From Eledone cirrhosa (taxonomy: Eukaryota), in NCBI GenBank assembly GCA_964016885.1, contig OZ024748.1, forward strand, positions 33,914,001 through 33,978,000: a stretch of DNA of 64,000 nucleotides. The letters run 5' to 3'. The position numbers and the translations under genes were made by a program. The notes below the pieces were generated by a model, which worked only from the letters and a program-made list of their open reading frames with translations, searched no databases and was not told the DNA's origin. This document shows positions 58,452 through 64,000 of this stretch, piece by piece. Numbering within the stretch: the stretch's first letter is position 1; every line of letters starts with the position of its first letter.

Positions 58452-58830
58452 CTCGAAAGTCATCTTCGCAGTCATAAAGTAAGACCAGTGGTTGACTACC
58501 AGGCTGCTGTTGGAGATGCTACTCATCATGCTTGCCAAACATGTGGTAGAGAATGTAAATCAGCAGGAGGGCTCAAGCGACATGCAAAAGTACACGAACT
58601 CCAACCACAGCCGACTATTCCCAGTGAATGTTTTGGTTGCCGACTCTGTGCAAGACATTTTAGATCATTGGCTGGGCTAAAAAGCCACATTCGATCGCAG
58701 CACTGTTAGTTGCTATCGTGTGTGTGTAGATATGCTTATGTGCGTGCGTGTGTGTGTATATATATATGAATATGTATATTATTATTGTTGTTGTCGTTAT
58801 TATTATTATTGCTATTATTATTATTGTTGT
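58452..58830 (+). mobile_element. Copy of the 3' end of the C2H2-bearing RTE (44661-45040), including its trailing microsatellites
   Basis: Near-identical nucleotide and protein sequence (LESHLRSH...KSHIRSQHC). Confidence 0.92.
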
Positions 58831-58833
58831 TAT

Positions 58834-60118
58834 TCCTTGAATCTCAGTCATTGATGTTGGTTAACTGGAAAGTCCGTTGGATTGAATATCAAGCCACTAC
58901 CTGCAGCCTCAGATGTTCAGGACGTATCGGAGGGTTCTTGCTGTTCCAAGCAAGCATGCCTTTTGAAGCGTTCCAAAAAGCGTGAAGGGGCCGATTTTCT
59001 TTAACCATCCCTGGAAACTTTTGGAGATAGTCCCCAGTGCGCCTATGACAATCGGGATCACTTTGACTTCATGGCAGTTCCAAATCCTTTTCACCTCCCA
59101 CTTTAGGTCCTGGTATCGGTTAATTTTCTCCCTCTCCTTCTCTTGCACTCTCGTGTCGAACGGGCAGGCCACATCCACAATCAGACACGATCTTTTTTCT
59201 TTGTCCACAACCACCAGGTCAGGTCTATTGTGTTCCAGTTTTTTGTCCGTCTGTATCCTAAAATCCCACAGCACCTTCACCTGATTGTTCTCCATCACCG
59301 CCTCTGGCCTATGCTCATACCATTTCTCAGAATGTGGTAAATTGTTTACTTTGCACAGGTGCCAGTGGATCACCCTGCCCATCACATCGTGTCTCCAGCC
59401 CTTATAGTGGGCCTGGGCTAGGTGTTTACACTCGGACACAATGTGAGCCACAGTCTCCTCTCTCTCTCCACAGATCCTGCACAGTGGGCTAGCCTCCTCC
59501 TTGTAGATATGGTGCTTCAACCACTTCGTTTTGAGGGCCTGCTCCTGCGCAGCCATTAGCATTCCTTCTGTAGCCTTTTTGAGGTCTCCTCTTCTCAACC
59601 AGTTCCATGTCTGTGGATCTCTAAATTCAGTTTTCTCAAAGAAGGTACTATGAAGGGATTTTCCCTTAAGGCTGCTCTTCCTCCTTGATGTTATTTCCTC
59701 CCTGGACATCCCCTGGCCTACTGTCCCCTCCTTCAGTACAGTTCTGAGCATTGGCTCCTTACTATAGGTCACGTATTTGTATAGGTTGTTTTTCTCCATC
59801 TGAACACAGTCCTCTATGCTGATAAGACCTCTTCCACCCTCAGATCTCCTTAGGTAGAGTCTATCGACATCACTCCTCTTGTGGAACATGTTGTAGATAG
59901 TCAATAGCTTCCTAGTCTTCCTATCCATTTCTTTTTGTTCAGCAACATTCCATCTCAGAATTCCCGCACTGTACCTAATAATAGACACAGCTCGGGAATT
60001 TACTGCGCTTATGACGTTTCTGCTGTTCAGATGTGACTTCAATACGCTCCTTACTCTCCGAATGTATTCAGTTCTTAACAATTCCTTCATTTTTTTGTTC
60101 TTTATGCCATCAGCCTCC
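58834..60118 (-). mobile_element. 5'-truncated Dong/R4-clade non-LTR element (RLE domain); a ~55-bp 3' stub also lies at 60195-60250
   Basis: [41 protein letters not shown]; 3' end abuts (TTA)n. Confidence 0.93.
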
Positions 60119-60150
60119 TTTTTTCTTTTCTTTTTTCTTTTCTTTTTTTT

Positions 60151-60183
<33 letters not shown>

Positions 60184-60300
60184 GTTATTGTTATTCCTTG
60201 AATCTCAGTCATTGATGTTGGTTAACTGGAAAGTCCGTTGGATTGAATATAACTATATATATATTTCTTTTTTTTCTTTTTTTTTTCTTTTCTTTTTTTT

Positions 60301-60339
<39 letters not shown>

Positions 60340-60425
60340 GTTATTGTTATTCCTTGAATCTCAGTCATTGATGTTGGTTAACTGGAAAGTCCGTTGGATT
60401 GAATATCAAGCCACTACCTGCAGCC

Positions 60426-62354
60426 TCAGATATTCAGGACGTATCGGAGGGTTCTTGCCGTTCCAAGCAAGCATGCCTTTTGAAGCGTTCCAAAAAGCGT
60501 GAAGGGGCCGATTTTCTTTAACCATCCCTGGAAACCTTTGGAGATAGTCCCCAGTGCGCCTATGACAATCGGGATCACTTTGACTTCATGGCAGTTCCAA
60601 ATCCTTTTCACCTCCCACTTTAGGTCCTGGTATCGGTTAATTTTCTCCCTCTCCTTCTCTTGCACTCTTGTGTCGAACGGGCAGGCCACATCCACAATCA
60701 GGCACGATCTTTTTTCTTTGTCCACAACCACCAGGTCAGGTCTATTGTGTTCCAGTTTTTTGTCCGTCTGTATCCTAAAATCCCACAGCACCTTCACCTG
60801 ACTGTTCTCCATCACCGCCTCTGGCCTATGCTCATACCATTTCTCAGAATGTGGTAGATTGTTTACTTTGCACAGGTGCCAGTGGATCACCCTGCCCATC
60901 ACATCGTGTCTCCAGCCCTTATAGTGGGTCTGGGCTAGGTGTTTACACTCGGACACAATGTGAGCCACAGTCTCCTCTCTCTCTCCACAGATCCTGCACA
61001 GTGGGCTAGCCTCCTCCTTGTAGATATGGTGCTTCAACCACTTCGTTTTGAGGGCCTGCTCCTGCGCAGCCATTAGCATTCCTTCTGTAGCCTTTTTGAG
61101 GTCTCCTCTTCTCAACCAGTTCCATGTCTGTGGATCTCTAAATTCAGTTTTCTCAAAGAAGGTACTATGAAGGGATTTTCCCTTAAGGCTGCTCTTCCTC
61201 CTTGATGTTATTTCCTCCTTGGATATCCCCTGGCCTACTGTCCCCTCCTTCAGTACAGCTCTGAGCATTGGCTCCTTACTATAGGTCACGTATTTGTATA
61301 GGTTGTTTTTCTCCATCTGAACACAGTCCTCTATGCTTATAAGACCTCTTCCACCCTCAGATCTCCTTAGGTAGAGTCTATCGACATCACTCCTCTTGTG
61401 GAACATGTTGTAGATAGTCAATAGCTTCCTAGTCTTCCTATCCATTTCTTTTTGTTCAGCAACATTCCATCTCAGAATTCCCGCACTGTACCTGATAATA
61501 GACACAGCTCGGGAATTTACTGCGCTTATGGCATTTCTGCTGTTCAGACGTGACTTCAATACGCTCCTTACTCTCCGAATGTATTCAGTTCTTAACAATT
61601 CCTTCATTTTTTTGTTCTTTATGCCATCAGCCTCCAGAACGCCCAAATACTTGTATCCTTCCTCAGAGTCAATTTCCTTTATCATCTCACCTGTTGGTAT
61701 CTGGATCCCGTTACTTCTGCTCAACCTACCCCTCCTCATCACAATGACTCCACATTTACCAATACCAAACTGCATACATATATCACTGCTGAAAATACGG
61801 ACAGTGTCAACAAGCACATCCAACTCCTTCTCACTTTTCCCGAAGAGCTTAAGATCGTCCATGAAGAGGAGGTGATTGATGGTAAGCTCTCCCCTTCCCA
61901 ACTTGTATCCTGCTCTCACTTTTCGCAGCATAATGGTCAAGGGCATCAGGGCAAGGACAAACAACAGAGGGGACAGGCTATCTCCCTGGAAGATACCTCT
62001 CTTGATCTTCACGCTTCCCAAGGATACTCCAGTTGATGTCAACTCTGTCTCCCAGGACCCCATACTCCTGCCCAGCAACTGTCTGATGTTATCTGCCACC
62101 CTGAAGATCTCCAGGCTTTTGGTGATCCAGGAATGAGGCACCATGTCAAATGCCTTTCTGTAGTCTATCCATCCCATGGCAAGATCAGTGTGTCTCCTCC
62201 TGCAATTCCCCATTACCATCTTATCAATAAGCAACTGGTCCTTTGTACCACGTGACTTCTTTCGGCATCCTTTCTGTTCGTCCGGCAACAAGTTGTTTGT
62301 GTGGAGGTGATGGTAGATTTCCTCAGACACAATGCTCGTCAACAGTTTCCACAT
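60426..62354 (-). CDS. Dong/R4-clade RT + restriction-like endonuclease, 5'-truncated but open (element 60351-62380)
   Basis: [34 protein letters not shown] finger, PD..D; (TAA)n on both sides. Confidence 0.94.
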   Translation of the reverse strand: MWKLLTSIVSEEIYHHLHTNNLLPDEQKGCRKKSRGTKDQLLIDKMVMGNCRRRHTDLAMGWIDYRKAFDMVPHSWITKSLEIFRVADNIRQLLGRSMGSWETELTSTGVSLGSVKIKRGIFQGDSLSPLLFVLALMPLTIMLRKVRAGYKLGRGELTINHLLFMDDLKLFGKSEKELDVLVDTVRIFSSDICMQFGIGKCGVIVMRRGRLSRSNGIQIPTGEMIKEIDSEEGYKYLGVLEADGIKNKKMKELLRTEYIRRVRSVLKSRLNSRNAISAVNSRAVSIIRYSAGILRWNVAEQKEMDRKTRKLLTIYNMFHKRSDVDRLYLRRSEGGRGLISIEDCVQMEKNNLYKYVTYSKEPMLRAVLKEGTVGQGISKEEITSRRKSSLKGKSLHSTFFEKTEFRDPQTWNWLRRGDLKKATEGMLMAAQEQALKTKWLKHHIYKEEASPLCRICGEREETVAHIVSECKHLAQTHYKGWRHDVMGRVIHWHLCKVNNLPHSEKWYEHRPEAVMENSQVKVLWDFRIQTDKKLEHNRPDLVVVDKEKRSCLIVDVACPFDTRVQEKEREKINRYQDLKWEVKRIWNCHEVKVIPIVIGALGTISKGFQGWLKKIGPFTLFGTLQKACLLGTARTLRYVLNI

Positions 62355-62607
62355 TACGGGCAGACATGTGATAGGTCTATTATTATTATTATTATTGACG
62401 AAAGTGGATGTACGTTTTTTGAAGCTCCGTGAGTAAGCGATTTTTTGAGGATTAATTGTAGAGAATTGTTTATTTTTTGTACCGTTGAAGCATTATAAGA
62501 CTTTCATTTGTATCCTGTGAAGGAATAACTCATAATATTTGGGCCTTTTGGCCCAAATATTTGAACTTTATTTTGAAAAAAAATAATAATTTTTTTCTCA
62601 AAAAAAC

Positions 62608-64000
62608 ATGGCGGAGCCACGCCCCCTAGAGGCGGGTCTGCTGTCGTGCAACGGCGACTTGAGCGTTGAGAGGAGAGGTGAGGCGAGGAGCGCCACCAGC
62701 ACGAGTGTGAGCAGCGACAGTGCCAGCACCAACGGGCCGAGCGGCGCGGAAGTAGGTAACAGCGACAACACCAACACCAACAAGCCGAACAGCGCAGAAG
62801 GTGGTAATAGCGAGAGCACCAACAAAACAAACAGCACAGAGAGTAATAGTAGCGACAGCAACAGCACCAACAAGGCCAACAGCACAGAGGGAAACCACGA
62901 CACAGGGGAGAACAACAACAGCAATAGCAGCAGCAACACCAACAAGAACAACAACAGTGACAACACCAACAAGAACACTTTCGCTGCTGTGGCAGCGGCT
63001 AAAAGGAGACCATGCTACAGCATCGACTTAACCAACAGAGAGGAAAAGTTGGCCCAGGCCTGGAAAATCATAAATCAAGAGCAGACCTGGGCAAACTTAA
63101 CTGTCCCGGCAGAAGCCATTGAGGCAGTGGAAAAAAGAACGGTGCATTTCAGATGCATCTCAGTAGAGACAAAGAGGGCAGCGATAATCGCCCAAGCTGA
63201 CATAGAAGCCGCACTGAAATACATCAGAGAGGACACAGACTTCATAGAGAGGGGCAGGCAATACGGCACCGTTTCGGTGCTGTTCAAGTCTGAAGCCCTC
63301 GCTGTGAAGCATTCAATGACCCCTTGCAAAACCAGCAAGGTCATAATGTACCCCTCCCACATGGGAAAACGAATAGCACGTGTGCGCATTCCCAGGATTC
63401 CACCAGGACTTGATATGTGGTGGCTCCTGGGTTGCGTAATCGTGGAAGGAACGGATACAGTCCCGGTAGAGGCAACGAGAACTGCCAGGGACGACTGGTC
63501 CGGGGTTGATCTGGAGATACTGCTCCAAATCAGACCCGAAAACGTAAAAACAATCCCGGACCACATCCGCCTCCAAAACGGGAGGGTGTTGCATATAATG
63601 ACTGAGGGCAAAAGGCCGCATTGTTTCCTTTGTGGGGAAACGACACACTTGCGAGCCTTCTGCCCTCAACTGCCGAAAAGCGCAAGGGGTCGAAAGATTC
63701 CACTGCTGGCGACGCCGGGACAAGGACCACCAGCAACACCGTCAACAATGGAACCACCAAAATTGCACACCCAGGGGGGAAACGAGGAAAGCTCTCCCAT
63801 TCCCCCTCCCCCCCAAAATACACACACGAACAAGAACATAAACACTCACTCAGACACAAACACGCTCACAGCCACAGACCCCTCATCCTCCAGCAGTGAA
63901 GATGAGGGAAAACCAAAGTCCCCCAAAATACAAAAAACAAAACACAAAAAAAATAGAAATCCACAAAGCACAAACACCCCCACAAAAAAAAATACACACA
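62608..64000 (+). CDS. L1/Tx1-like ORF1 (gag-like, CCHC knuckle); open to the window edge, so absent from the ORF track
   Basis: Manual translation: MAEPRPLEAG..N/S-rich..TFAAVAAAK..ARVRIPRIPP..EGKRPHCFLCGETTHLRAFC..; no stop seen; putative 5'UTR from ~62397. Confidence 0.8.
   Translation, partial: MAEPRPLEAGLLSCNGDLSVERRGEARSATSTSVSSDSASTNGPSGAEVGNSDNTNTNKPNSAEGGNSESTNKTNSTESNSSDSNSTNKANSTEGNHDTGENNNSNSSSNTNKNNNSDNTNKNTFAAVAAAKRRPCYSIDLTNREEKLAQAWKIINQEQTWANLTVPAEAIEAVEKRTVHFRCISVETKRAAIIAQADIEAALKYIREDTDFIERGRQYGTVSVLFKSEALAVKHSMTPCKTSKVIMYPSHMGKRIARVRIPRIPPGLDMWWLLGCVIVEGTDTVPVEATRTARDDWSGVDLEILLQIRPENVKTIPDHIRLQNGRVLHIMTEGKRPHCFLCGETTHLRAFCPQLPKSARGRKIPLLATPGQGPPATPSTMEPPKLHTQGGNEESSPIPPPPQNTHTNKNINTHSDTNTLTATDPSSSSSEDEGKPKSPKIQKTKHKKNRNPQSTNTPTKKNTH

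Overview
AT-rich eukaryotic DNA, probably from a coleoid cephalopod such as Octopus (judged from a CORE-type tRNA-SINE and RTE LINEs with (GAT)n tails; this is inference). I found no host protein-coding gene. The window is a dense pile of retroelements inserted into (TA)n, (CA)n and (TAA)n microsatellites. LINEs: one intact RTE LINE with an internal PHD-like finger plus three truncated copies; an intact two-ORF CR1/L2-superclade LINE whose ORF1 has polyQ and two CCCH fingers; a frameshifted RTE with C-terminal C2H2 fingers and its non-autonomous derivatives; Dong/R4-type RLE elements in (TAA)n; and an L1/Tx1-like ORF1 that runs off the right edge and is missing from the ORF track. There are also several Penelope-like (GIY-YIG) elements, one nearly full length. 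The most striking hidden layer is RNA. By eye I find about 30 type-I hammerhead ribozyme (HHR) motifs from more than 10 unrelated sequence families, most in outward-facing inverted repeats with a one-sided tail. They include a near-identical 466-bp tandem-then-inverted array with one HHR per unit (retrozyme-like, supported by covariation in a diverged relative). Non-canonical catalytic cores recur: compensated U3-A8, and U4A (CAGANGA). Folding was done by eye, ribozyme activity is untested, and element boundaries are approximate to within a few bases.
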